Part shown: positions 36,170-45,411 of the stretch, piece after piece | Position numbering within the stretch: the first letter of the stretch is position 1 | Layout: each line of letters opens with the position of its first letter | From: Dehalococcoidia bacterium | Lineage (GTDB): Bacteria > Chloroflexota > Dehalococcoidia > UBA2979 | Direction of reading: 5' to 3' | Length of the DNA stretch: 64,000 nt | Assembly (NCBI GenBank): GCA_965207415.1 | Contig: CBDBMD010000003.1 | Location: forward strand, 2,086,028-2,150,027 | Translations under genes and position numbers: made by a program | The notes under the pieces: generated by a model | Told to the model about the DNA's origin: nothing | Databases searched by the model: none | Seen by the model: the letters and a program-made list of their open reading frames with translations, nothing else

Positions 36170-36643
36170 GTGAGCGGCAGCACCGAGGGCGAGGACCCTC
36201 GCGCGCTGCTGCGCCGCGCGATGCGCCTGCACAGCGACGACGAGATCGACGCCGCCCTCGCGGCTGCGGAGGGGGCTGTCGCGCTCGCCCCCGACTTCTG
36301 CGAGGCGCACGCCTACCTCGGCAACACGCTGGTCACCCGCAAGCGCCGCTTCGCCGACGGCCTGGCCGCGCTCGAGCGCGCCGTCGCGCTTTGCCCCGGC
36401 GACGCCGCGATCCTCTACACGCTCGGCTGGTGCCGCGAGTTCGTCGCGCACGCCCTCGAGCACCCGCGCCAGCGCCAACCGCACCAGCCCGTCGCGCAGG
36501 ACGCCCCCACCCTCTACACCGCCACCACCGACATCCTCCGCCGCGCCCTCACCCTCGACCCCGACTCCCAGCTGCGCGGCGACATCGAGGACATCCTCGA
36601 CGTCGTCGCCAACGCCACCGGCGTCCCCTGGGACGAGGAGTAG
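36170..36643 (+). CDS. TPR-repeat protein
   Basis: GTG start. EAHAYLGNTL...LYTLGW helix-repeat signature. Confidence 0.55.
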   Translation: MSGSTEGEDPRALLRRAMRLHSDDEIDAALAAAEGAVALAPDFCEAHAYLGNTLVTRKRRFADGLAALERAVALCPGDAAILYTLGWCREFVAHALEHPRQRQPHQPVAQDAPTLYTATTDILRRALTLDPDSQLRGDIEDILDVVANATGVPWDEE

Positions 36644-37030
36644 GCAGTCCGGCCCCCTCGCCCCTGGCGCGAGAGGGTGGGGGTCCCCCGGAGGCTGCTC
36701 CTCGAACCTCCGCGGCCAGATCCGGTCCCCTCTCCCCGAGGGAGAGGGCGGAGGGTGAGGGAGACGGCCAACGCCGCGAAGCGCATCGAACCCCGGGACT
36801 GGCCCCGCGGGCTGCGGCTCGAGCGCCGGACCGGAGGGGTGTGGGGGCTCTGCCCCCACAGGCAGGGGCGCGGGGCGAAGCCCCGCACCTTGAGGGCGGG
36901 TGGGTGGGTCCCCTCCCTTCCGAGCGCCGGACTCCCTCGACGAACCGATGCCTCGCGACAGCCCGTCGCCCCGAGCGCGGACAGCAACCCGCCTCGCCTG
37001 TACCGTGTGACCCGCACACGAGGACCAACC
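36644..37030. repeat. Intergenic REP-like island
   Basis: Hairpins CCCCTCGCCCCTGGCGCGAGAGGGTGGGGG and GGTCCCCTCTCCCCGAGGGAGAGGGCGGAGGGTGAGGG, plus an inverted copy of the GGGGGCTCTGCCCCCAC module. Confidence 0.65.
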
Positions 37031-37822
37031 GTGCCGCACCTCGAACTCGACGACGGCTTCCGCCTCTACTACGAGCGCCACGGCGAGGGCCCGCCCGTCG
37101 TCTTCGCGCACGGCGCCGGCGGCAACGCCATGTCCTGGTGGCGGCAGGTCCCCGCCTTCAGCGAGCGCTACTCCGTCGTCACCTTCGACCACCGCGCCTT
37201 CGGCCGCTCCCCGGACATCGAGGGCGGCCCCGGCCGCGCCGCCTTCGGCGACGACATCCATGCGCTCGTCGAGTCGCTGGACCTCGGACCGGTGCACTTC
37301 GTTGCGCACTCGATGGGCGCGCGCACGGCGATCGGGCTGATGCGGCACAGGCCGGACGGCTTCCGCTCCCTCACTATCTCCGGCTCCAACGCCGGCTGCG
37401 TCAGCGACGAGCTGCGCGAGCGCAAGGCGGAGCTGCAGGCCTCGGGCGCGCTCTCCGGCAGCCTGCTGCAGCGCGCGCTCGCCGAGGACTTCCGGGAGCG
37501 CGAGCCGGCCCTCGAGTGGCTCTACCGCCGCATCCGCTCGATCAACCCGCCGCGTCCTCGGGACTTCCTGGCGCCGCCGCCGGCGATGCGCAACTACCGG
37601 GGCTCGACGCGCGAGCGGCTGCTCGACAGCGGGGCGCCGCTGCTCTGGATCGCCGGCGCGGAGGAACGCGTCGTGCCCGCCGAACTGGTCCGTATCTCGC
37701 ATGAACTGACCCCCGGCTCCCGCTACGTCGAGGTCGAGGGCGCCGGCCACTCCGCCTACTTCGAGCGCCCGGAGGCCTGGAACGCCGCCGTGCTCGCGTT
37801 CATCGACGGGGTGGAGGCGTAA
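37031..37822 (+). CDS. Alpha/beta-hydrolase fold protein
   Basis: GTG start with a GAGGA RBS. HGAGGN...VAHSMGA nucleophile elbow (GxSxG). Confidence 0.8.
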   Translation: MPHLELDDGFRLYYERHGEGPPVVFAHGAGGNAMSWWRQVPAFSERYSVVTFDHRAFGRSPDIEGGPGRAAFGDDIHALVESLDLGPVHFVAHSMGARTAIGLMRHRPDGFRSLTISGSNAGCVSDELRERKAELQASGALSGSLLQRALAEDFREREPALEWLYRRIRSINPPRPRDFLAPPPAMRNYRGSTRERLLDSGAPLLWIAGAEERVVPAELVRISHELTPGSRYVEVEGAGHSAYFERPEAWNAAVLAFIDGVEA

Positions 37823-37898
37823 CTACAGGGCCGGCGCCGGCCTGGCTCGATTGTGCCGTGTTACCATCGCCATACGGAACGAGGGCCGGGGGCAGCCC

Positions 37899-38249
37899 AT
37901 GGTGTACGTGCGGAAGCAGCGGTCGCCACGCGCCGCGATCCCGGAAGGGAAAGAAGCAGAGGCGCTGCTCCAGAAGGTCATCGACGCGTTCGGCGGCGAG
38001 AAGGCGATGGCGTCTATCGATGCCGACCGCGATGCGGGCTGGGACTACCTCCAGGCGCACTACGAAGAACTGCTCGCCACATACCCCGGCGAGAGCATCG
38101 CGCTGCACTGCGATCGGGTCGTCGTGCACGCCACCAGCCAGGAGGACTTCAGCCGCCTGCTCGAGGATTACCTCGAACGGACGGGCACCCATCCCAGCGC
38201 GCTTGAGATGCACTACCTGGACACCGACCCGCCGCTGCTCGCGGTGTAA
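37899..38249 (+). CDS. Small hypothetical protein (116 aa) immediately upstream of the retropepsin-like gene
   Basis: ATG 37899 starts MVYVRKQRSPRAAIPEGKEAEALLQKVIDAFGGEKAMASIDADRD... with balanced composition. The overlapping frame-1 ORF 37858..38670 is R/S/T-rich junk until the protease domain. Confidence 0.5.
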   Translation: MVYVRKQRSPRAAIPEGKEAEALLQKVIDAFGGEKAMASIDADRDAGWDYLQAHYEELLATYPGESIALHCDRVVVHATSQEDFSRLLEDYLERTGTHPSALEMHYLDTDPPLLAV

Positions 38250-38257
38250 CCAAACGC

Positions 38258-38670
38258 GTGCCGAGAGTTCGTGGTTTCCGCGCCAACGGCCGTCCCTACG
38301 TACATGCACGGGTGTTCTCCCCCGCCTGCAGGCTGAGGCTCGCATCCGCTTCCTCCTCGACACTGGCGCCGACCGCTCACTGATTCACCTGAATGACCGT
38401 CGCGCATTCGATGCGGAGTCCGTCCGCACCGGCACCGGGTTGACGTCGGGCCTCAGCATGTCCGGCATCGGCGGCGGATCGAAGGACTACGGCATCGAAG
38501 AGGCCGTCTACGCGTTCCAGGACCAGGACGGTGCGCTTTGGGCACTCCCGGGCGCGGCGCAGATCGCCCTCGATCCGGCGGCGCCAGGCCTTCCCTCGCT
38601 GCTGGGTCGCGATATCCTCGACCTGATGCTGTTTTGCATCTCGGATCGTGAGATCACGCTCGATTGGTAG
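38258..38670 (+). pseudogene. Retropepsin-like (clan AA, DTGA) aspartic protease, reading frame interrupted by a 1-nt frameshift in a C5 run near 38317..38325
   Basis: Frame 2 from GTG 38258 gives VPRVRGFRANGRPYVHARVFSP. Frame 1 from about 38320 gives RLQAEARIRFLLDTGADRSLIHLNDRRAFD...LLGRDILDLMLFCISDREITLDW. Frame 1 has no start codon upstream of the catalytic DTGA. Confidence 0.55.
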
Positions 38671-38690
38671 CGGGACCGAGGACCAGCACA

Positions 38691-40043
38691 GTGACCATTC
38701 TCCAGACCTTCGAGGACACGCACCCCGGCTCGCGGGAGCTGGCGGAGCGCGCTGCCTCCGTCTTCCCTTCCGGCGTCACGCACGATGTGCGCGCCTTCGA
38801 GCCGTTCCCGATCTACGTCGAGCGTGCGCAGGGGCCGCGCAAGACGGACGTCGACGGGCACGAGTACGTCGACTACATCGGCGGGCACGGGGCGCTGCTG
38901 CTCGGGCACAACCACCCCGAGGTGCTGGCGGCGATCCGCGCGGCGCTCGAGGACGGTACGCACTTCGGCTCCTCGCAGGCGCGCGAGCTGGAGTGGGGCG
39001 AGCTGGTGCTGCGCATGGCGCCCTGCGCCGAACGCGTGCGCTTCACCTCGTCCGGCACCGAGGCGACGATGATGGCGCTGCGCCTCGCGCGTGCCTTCTC
39101 GGGCCGCAACCGCGTGATCAAGCTCGCCGACCACTTCCACGGCTGGCACGACCTCGCCGTCGGCCAGCTGCGCGAGAGCGAGACGCGGGCCAGCGCCGCC
39201 GGCGTGCCCCCCGGCTTCTACGACGACCTGACGATCGTGCCGTCCGGGGATGTCCCGGCGCTCGAGCAGGCGCTCGCGCCTCGCGACGTGGCGGCGGTGA
39301 TCCTCGAGCCGACGGGCGCGCACTGGGGCCTCCACCCGCTCAGGCCGGACTACCTGCGGGCGGCGCGCGAGCTGACCGAGCAGGCCGGGACGCTGCTGAT
39401 CATGGACGAGGTGATCACCGGCTTCCGCATGGCCCCCGGCGGCGCGCAGGAGCGCTTCGGCGTCACCGCCGACCTCGCGAGCTACGCGAAGATCCTCGCG
39501 GGCGGCCTGCCGGGCGGCTGCGTGGCCGGCCGCGAGGACGTGATCTCGATGCTCGAGTTCCGCGCGGGCGACGAGGTCTGGAACCGCCGCCTGCGCGTGC
39601 CGCACCAGGGCACCTACAACGCGCAGCCGCCCGCCGCCGCCGCCGGCATCGCCGCGCTGCGCATCATCGAGGCGGGCGGCCAGACGGAGCGGGCCGACGC
39701 AACCACGGCGGCGCTGGTGCGCGGCCTCAACGCGCTCTTCGCCGACCGCGCCGTGCCCGGCTCGGCCTTCGCGGTCTCCTCGATGTGGCATCTCAACCTC
39801 GGCTACGACGCGCCGCGGCCCTCCGATGTGGAGTGGGACGCCGCCGAGGAGGCTCGAGGCGTGGACGCGGCGCTAGCAGTCCCGCTGCGGCAGGCGCTGC
39901 TCAACCACGGCGTGGACCTGATGGGCACGGGCGGCATGGTTTCGGCGACGCACGGCGAGGCCGAGATCGAGGACACGCTCGCCGCCTTCGACGCCGCGAT
40001 GTCCGACCTCCGCGCCGAGGATTTGCTCGGCTCCCGCGGCTGA
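38691..40043 (+). CDS. Class-III aminotransferase (glutamate-1-semialdehyde aminomutase-like)
   Basis: GSSQARELEWGELV..., the LIMDEVITGFR motif, and the PLP-lysine region SYAKILAGG. Confidence 0.85.
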   Translation: MTILQTFEDTHPGSRELAERAASVFPSGVTHDVRAFEPFPIYVERAQGPRKTDVDGHEYVDYIGGHGALLLGHNHPEVLAAIRAALEDGTHFGSSQARELEWGELVLRMAPCAERVRFTSSGTEATMMALRLARAFSGRNRVIKLADHFHGWHDLAVGQLRESETRASAAGVPPGFYDDLTIVPSGDVPALEQALAPRDVAAVILEPTGAHWGLHPLRPDYLRAARELTEQAGTLLIMDEVITGFRMAPGGAQERFGVTADLASYAKILAGGLPGGCVAGREDVISMLEFRAGDEVWNRRLRVPHQGTYNAQPPAAAAGIAALRIIEAGGQTERADATTAALVRGLNALFADRAVPGSAFAVSSMWHLNLGYDAPRPSDVEWDAAEEARGVDAALAVPLRQALLNHGVDLMGTGGMVSATHGEAEIEDTLAAFDAAMSDLRAEDLLGSRG

Positions 40044-40194
40044 TTCTGGCTGTTCGCACGAGTGCGCCGCGGGCCCTTTGCTCCAAAGCCCATGGCTCGA
40101 TAATCTCTATTGTGCAAGTTTGAACAATCGCCGGGTTCGCGGGGGTCGATGGGCCCCCGGCAACGCGGCGGCAAGGGGAGGAGCGGGACCCGAA

Positions 40195-40545
40195 ATGCGA
40201 AAGTCAGGGAGCCTGGAACACCGGGCAAAGCTCGGCCATCAGCTGCGGACGCTGCGTCACCGGGCCGGCCGTTCCCAGACCGACGTCTCCAGAGGCGCCG
40301 GCATCACCCAGGCATCGCTCTCCAACTATGAGACCGGCAAGCGAGAGGTACCCCTCTCCACTGCCCTGAACATCGCCGCCGAGCTGGACGTGCCGTTCAG
40401 CGAGATCGTCGAGACCAACGACGTGATCGTCGTGCGCGACTCCCGCCTCGGGCGCGCCGTGGAGGCGCTGGTCGAGTCGCCGGACCTGATCGAGACCGTC
40501 GCGAACGGCAACGGCAAGACGAACGGCCACAGCGCCGCTTCCTGA
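40195..40545 (+). CDS. XRE-family (Cro/C1-type HTH) transcriptional regulator
   Basis: LGHQLRTLRHRAGRSQTDVSRGAGITQASLSNYETGKREVPLSTALNIAAELDV. Confidence 0.75.
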   Translation: MRKSGSLEHRAKLGHQLRTLRHRAGRSQTDVSRGAGITQASLSNYETGKREVPLSTALNIAAELDVPFSEIVETNDVIVVRDSRLGRAVEALVESPDLIETVANGNGKTNGHSAAS

Positions 40546-40563
40546 CGCTCCGCGAATCCCCTG

Positions 40564-40591
40564 ACAGCGGGCCGTTCCCGGCCCGCTGTTT
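40564..40591 (+). terminator. Stem-loop (11-bp perfect stem ACAGCGGGCCG/CGGCCCGCTGT, loop TTCC) followed by TTTGG
   Basis: Read from the sequence 19 bp after the XRE stop. Confidence 0.5.
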
Positions 40592-40803
40592 GGCGTGCCC
40601 GACAAGCCCGCAGCCACGCGGTCCGGCCACCTCGCCGCCGTGTATGACACTGCACGTATACTGAGCGCCGTACGAGGCGGGATACGGAGTTCCCATCCGG
40701 AGCGGCGAGACACGCACCGCACCGCGCGGTGCGGCCCTGCCCGGGAGCCTCGCGACGGATTCGGTCACGCCCGTCCCCGGGGGGCAGCGGCAAGGAGGAC
40801 CAG

Positions 40804-42204
40804 GTGGCGAGCAAGCGAGCGACGACCCTCGGCGCCCTGCGCCGCTCCGGCTACCAGGTGCGCAGCGTCCGCGAGGAGCTGCGCGAGAACCTGATCGCCG
40901 CGATCGAGAGCGGCGACGACCTCTTCCCCGAGATCCAGGGCTACGACCAGACCGTCATCCCGCAGCTCCAGAACGCGCTCCTCTCCGGCCACGACGTGAT
41001 CCTGCTCGGCGAGCGCGGGCAGGCGAAGTCCCGCCTGATTCGCAGCCTCACCGGGCTGCTCGACGAGTGGATCCCCACGCTCGCCGGCGCCGAGATCCCG
41101 GAGAACCCCTTCGACCCGATCAGCGAGCAGGGCCGCCAGATCATCGGGGAGCACGGCGACGACGCGCCGATCCACTGGATGCACCGCGACGAGCGCTACG
41201 GCGAGAAGCTCGCCACGCCAGACATCACCATCGCCGACCTGATCGGCGAGGTGGACCCGATCAAGGTCGCCGAGGGCCGCTACCTGAGCGACCAGCTGAC
41301 CATCCACTACGGCCTGATCCCGCGCACCAACCGCGGCATCTTCGCGATCAACGAGCTGCCGGACCTGGCCGAACGCATCCAGGTCGGCCTGCTCAATGTG
41401 ATGGAGGAGCGCGACATCCAGATCCGCGGCCACAAGGTGCGCCTGGACCTCGACGTCTTCATCGTGGCGACGGCCAACCCGGAGGACTACACCAACCGCG
41501 GCCGCATCATCACCCCGCTCAAGGACCGCTACGGCTCGCACATCCGCACGCACTACCCGCGCGACATCGACGAGGAACTGGACATCGTCGCCCAGGAGCG
41601 CGTCGAGGTCGGCTCGGCCGGGCGCGAGCTGCGGATCCCGCGCTACATGGAGGAGATCATCGCCGAGGTCACCCGCCTCGCGCGCCGCTCGCCGGACGTG
41701 AACCAGCGCTCCGGGGTTTCCGTGCGCGCCTCGATCTCCAACTACGAGTCGCTCGTCGCCAACGCGCTGCGGCGCGCCGTGCGGCTCGGCGAGCCGGAGG
41801 TCGCGCCGCGCATCTCCGACCTCGGCTTCATCCGCGCCTCGCTCGAAGGCAAGGTCGAGCTCGAGACCGTCGAGGAAGGCCGCGAGGATCAGATCATCGA
41901 GCGCCTGATCCAGGGCGCGGTCGTGGCCGTCTTCAACCGCCACTGCAGCATCAGCGACATGGAGCCGCTGATCGAGTCGTTCAAGACCGGCGTCACGGCC
42001 GAGGTCGGCGAGGGAATGCCCTCGGAGGGGTACCTGACGATGCTCGGCAGCGTGGACGGGCTCGCGGAGGCCGTCGCCGCCGTGGCCACGGGCGAGTCGG
42101 CGGCCGAGCAGGCCGCGGCGATCGAGTTCGTGCTCGAAGGGCTGCATCTCAACAAGCGGCTCAACAAGGACAGCATCGACGGCGAGGCCCATTACCGAGG
42201 CTGA
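40804..42204 (+). CDS. BchI/ChlI-like (Mg-chelatase-type) AAA+ ATPase with C-terminal extension
   Basis: GTG start 5 nt after AAGGAGGA. Deviant Walker A GERGQAKS, Walker B FAINELPD, and a sensor region GLLNVMEERDIQIRGHKVRLDLDVFIVATANPED paralleling BchI. Confidence 0.75.
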   Translation: MASKRATTLGALRRSGYQVRSVREELRENLIAAIESGDDLFPEIQGYDQTVIPQLQNALLSGHDVILLGERGQAKSRLIRSLTGLLDEWIPTLAGAEIPENPFDPISEQGRQIIGEHGDDAPIHWMHRDERYGEKLATPDITIADLIGEVDPIKVAEGRYLSDQLTIHYGLIPRTNRGIFAINELPDLAERIQVGLLNVMEERDIQIRGHKVRLDLDVFIVATANPEDYTNRGRIITPLKDRYGSHIRTHYPRDIDEELDIVAQERVEVGSAGRELRIPRYMEEIIAEVTRLARRSPDVNQRSGVSVRASISNYESLVANALRRAVRLGEPEVAPRISDLGFIRASLEGKVELETVEEGREDQIIERLIQGAVVAVFNRHCSISDMEPLIESFKTGVTAEVGEGMPSEGYLTMLGSVDGLAEAVAAVATGESAAEQAAAIEFVLEGLHLNKRLNKDSIDGEAHYRG

Positions 42205-42260
42205 GCGAACCCGGCCGGGCACGGACCCGGCGGAGCACGGAGGAGCGGGAGGCTCGAACG

Positions 42261-44486
42261 ATGACGCAGCTCGCGCGCTACTCCGCCTGGGACGGCAGCC
42301 AGGAGATCCCGGAACTCGAAGCCGGCGACATCCTCGAGGCATTGTCCGACGACCTGATGAACTTCGGCGACCTGCAGCACGCGCTGCGCAATCTGATGCA
42401 GCGCGGGATGCGCAGGCCGGACGGGGCGCGCGCCCCCGGCCTGCGCGACCTGCTTCACCAGCTGCGGCAGCAGCGCCGCCAGCGCCTCGACCAGTTCGAC
42501 CTCGGCGGCACGATGCAGCAGATCGAGGAGGCGCTGCGCGAGATCCTCGACCTCGAACAGAGCACGCTCGACCAGCGGCTCGCCGAGGCCGGCGGACCCT
42601 CGCAGCCGGAGCCGGACGCCGCCGATCAGGCGCCGGACGAGGACGGCGAGGCAGGCGCGGGCGCACAGGCCGACGGCCAGCAGGACGAGCAGGGCCCGCA
42701 GGGCGCCGAGGGCCAGCAGGGCGACGGCGGCGCCGCGCAGCAGCAGGCAGGCGCCCCCGGCGAGACGGCGGGCGGCGCGCCCGCGCAGGGGTCCGGCGGC
42801 GAGGGCGGCGCAGCCGAGGATGGCGACCTGTCCGACATGCTGCGCCGCATCGTCGAGCGCAAGCAGCAGTACCTCGAAGAGCTGCCGGACGAGCCCGCGG
42901 GCCAGGTCCAGTCGCTGCAGAACTACGAGTTCCTCAACCCGGACGCGCGCGACAAGTTCCAGGGACTGCTCGAGCAGCTCAAGCAGGCGATGACCGAGTC
43001 CTTCTTCAAGGACGTCTCGCAGATGGTCGACGAGATGTCCGAGGGCGACCTCGAGCGCATGAAGGAGATGCTGCGCGACCTCAACGACATGCTGATCCAG
43101 CGCATGCGCGGCGAGCAGCCGGACTTCGACTCCTTCATGGACAAGTACGGCGACATGTTCGGCGACAACCCGCCCGAGTCGCTCGACGAGCTGATCGCGC
43201 AAATGCAGGCGCAGACGCAGGCGATGCAGTCGCTGATGGAGTCGCTGCCCGGCGACCAGCGCCAGCAACTGCAGTCGCTGATGGCGGACAAGTTCGGCGA
43301 CCCGGAGCTCGAGGGCGAGCTCTCACAGCTCGCGGCCAACCTCGAGTACCTCAACCCCGGCGCCGAGCGCGCGCCCGCCTACCCCTTCCGCGGCGACGAG
43401 GAGATCGGCCTCGATGCGGCGATGCAACTGATGTCGGAGATGCAGGACATCGACGGTCTCGAGCGCCAGCTGGAGCGCGCCCAGTACGACGGCGACATCG
43501 ACGGCATCGACCTCGACCAGCTGCGCGAACTGCTCGGCGACGAGGCGTCCGAGGCAATCGACCAGCTCGGAGAGCTGCTCGAGATCCTGGAGCGCGAGGG
43601 CTACATCCGGCGCGAGGGCAACAACTGGGAGTTGACGCCTCGCGGCACGCGCATGATCGGCCAGCGCGCGCTCACCGAGATCTACGCGCAGCTCAAGCGC
43701 CAGGGCATCGGCAACCACCCAATCCCCGAGGCGGGACGCCACGGCGAACGCACCGAGGACACCAAGGAGTACGAGTTCGGCGACCCGTTCCACCTGCACA
43801 TGGGCCGCACGATCATGAACGCCGTCGAGCGCGAGGGGCCGCAAACGCCCGTGCGCCTCATGCCCGACGACTTCGAGGTACACCGCTCCGAGCAGCTGAC
43901 GGAGACGGCCACCGTGGTGATGGTCGACCTCTCCTGGTCGATGGCGCTGCGCGGCTCGTTCCAGTCCGCGAAGAAGGTCGCACTCGCCCTGCACAACCTG
44001 ATCAGCACGCAGTACCCGCGCGACGAGCTCTACGTCCTCGGCTTCTCCGCCTACGCGCGGGAGCTGCGCATCGCCGATCTGCCGTACGTGCGCTGGGACG
44101 AGTCCGTGCTCGGCACCAACATGCACCACGCGCTGATGATGGCCCGCAACAAGCTCGCCCGGCACAGCGGCGGCACGCGGCAGATCATCATGATCTCGGA
44201 CGGCGAACCGACCGCCCACCTGGAGCGCGGGCGCTCGCAGTTCTCCTACCCGCCGAGCCCGACGACGATCCGCGAGACGCTGAAGGAGGTCCGCCGCTGC
44301 ACGCAGGCGGACATCACGATCAACACCTTCATGCTGGACCGCAACTACTATCTCAAGGAGTTCGTGAACCAGCTCGCGAAGATCAACGGCGGCCGCGTCT
44401 TCTACACGACGCCGGACAAGCTCGGCGAGTACATCCTGGTCGACTATGTGCAGCGCAAGCGAAAGCGGATCGGCCGGAGCGCCTGA
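42261..44486 (+). CDS. VWA-domain protein with long acidic Q/E/D/G-rich linker (BchD-like without the AAA half)
   Basis: ATG 42261 with GGGAGG upstream. C-terminal VWA with MIDAS (VVMVDLSWSMA...IIMISDGEPT). The track ORF 41067..44486 has a spurious 5-prime half. Confidence 0.75.
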   Translation: MTQLARYSAWDGSQEIPELEAGDILEALSDDLMNFGDLQHALRNLMQRGMRRPDGARAPGLRDLLHQLRQQRRQRLDQFDLGGTMQQIEEALREILDLEQSTLDQRLAEAGGPSQPEPDAADQAPDEDGEAGAGAQADGQQDEQGPQGAEGQQGDGGAAQQQAGAPGETAGGAPAQGSGGEGGAAEDGDLSDMLRRIVERKQQYLEELPDEPAGQVQSLQNYEFLNPDARDKFQGLLEQLKQAMTESFFKDVSQMVDEMSEGDLERMKEMLRDLNDMLIQRMRGEQPDFDSFMDKYGDMFGDNPPESLDELIAQMQAQTQAMQSLMESLPGDQRQQLQSLMADKFGDPELEGELSQLAANLEYLNPGAERAPAYPFRGDEEIGLDAAMQLMSEMQDIDGLERQLERAQYDGDIDGIDLDQLRELLGDEASEAIDQLGELLEILEREGYIRREGNNWELTPRGTRMIGQRALTEIYAQLKRQGIGNHPIPEAGRHGERTEDTKEYEFGDPFHLHMGRTIMNAVEREGPQTPVRLMPDDFEVHRSEQLTETATVVMVDLSWSMALRGSFQSAKKVALALHNLISTQYPRDELYVLGFSAYARELRIADLPYVRWDESVLGTNMHHALMMARNKLARHSGGTRQIIMISDGEPTAHLERGRSQFSYPPSPTTIRETLKEVRRCTQADITINTFMLDRNYYLKEFVNQLAKINGGRVFYTTPDKLGEYILVDYVQRKRKRIGRSA

Positions 44487-44653
44487 CGCGGGGTTCCGGC
44501 CGTGTCCCGCCGCAGCCACCCGCCGAAGTCCTGACAGGGATTGGCGTCGCCTCTCAGGGTCTCGCCACGGCGACCCCGTGAGGGATCCGCATCGCGTCCT
44601 GCCTGGTCATCGCTGTGTTGATCGCTGGGCGCCGTGACGCAGGGGCTCGACGG

Positions 44654-45064
44654 CTACTCCGGGGTCAGCCCCAGAACCAGGTCGCGCAGCGTCACCAGGC
44701 CTCGGGGAGTCCCGGCGTCGTCGACCACGAGCGCCCGCGAGACGTGAAACTGCACCAGCAGCCGCACCGCGTAGCGCGCCAGCATCCCCGAGCGCACCGT
44801 CAGCGCCGGTTTCGCCATGACCTCGTAGACATTGACCCGCTCGGGCGCGCGGTCGCGCGCGACAACCTCACGCGCCAGATCGCTCACCGTGATCAGCCCC
44901 GGTTCGTCGTCGTCGTGACGGCGGTTGACCACCAGCGAGCTGATCTGCAGCCGCTTCATCATCGCCAGGGCCTCGGCCACCGTCGCCAGTCCGTCGATGG
45001 CGTGCACCTGGGCCCCCATGATGTCGGACACGCGGATCGCCGGGTGGTCGCCCTGATCGGTCAT
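44654..45064 (-). CDS. CBS-pair domain protein
   Basis: Two CBS motifs (ISSLVVNRRHD...GLITVSDL and LVVDDAGTPRGLVTLRDL). Confidence 0.8.
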   Translation of the reverse strand: MTDQGDHPAIRVSDIMGAQVHAIDGLATVAEALAMMKRLQISSLVVNRRHDDDEPGLITVSDLAREVVARDRAPERVNVYEVMAKPALTVRSGMLARYAVRLLVQFHVSRALVVDDAGTPRGLVTLRDLVLGLTPE

Positions 45065-45411
45065 ACGGCGTCTTCCAACTCCTCCATGAGCGTGGGCAAC
45101 TGCGTTGAGAGGCCGACGGCGTCCTCGATAGTGAGTTGAAAGGCGACGCCGGCGCCGTGCTCGCGGTCCATGCCCCCGGCCGCCGCGAGGCGCTCGAGGA
45201 TGTCCCGGGCCCGCGGTTCCGCGACGAGAAAGAGCACGACGTCCCCGCTCGCCGCCAGGTCCAGCCCGAGAAAGGTCTTTGCCGGCTTCAGTCCCTCGCC
45301 ACGCACGCCGCCGATGATGGTGGCGCCCGTCGCGCCGCCGGCCCGCGCCGCATCGATGATGTCGTTCGTCTTCTCGGTGTTCACCAGCGCGACGACCAGC
45401 GCCATCTTCAT
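45061..45411 (-). CDS. P-II-like (GlnB fold, DUF190-type) small protein
   Basis: MKMALVVALVNTEKTNDIIDAARAGGATGATIIGGVRGEG. It overlaps the CBS gene start by 4 nt. Confidence 0.6.
   Translation of the reverse strand: MKMALVVALVNTEKTNDIIDAARAGGATGATIIGGVRGEGLKPAKTFLGLDLAASGDVVLFLVAEPRARDILERLAAAGGMDREHGAGVAFQLTIEDAVGLSTQLPTLMEELEDAV

Noticed and set aside
37858-38670. Treating 37858..38670 as one intact 270-aa gene
   Set aside because: Its N-terminal 150 aa are R/S/T-rich junk overlapping a protein-like frame-0 ORF. Only the C-terminal retropepsin domain is real and needs a frame change to acquire a start.
41067-44486. 1139-aa ORF
   Set aside because: The 5-prime 400 codons overlap the AAA+ gene in another frame with low-complexity R/P/G composition. 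The real VWA gene starts at ATG 42261 with an RBS.
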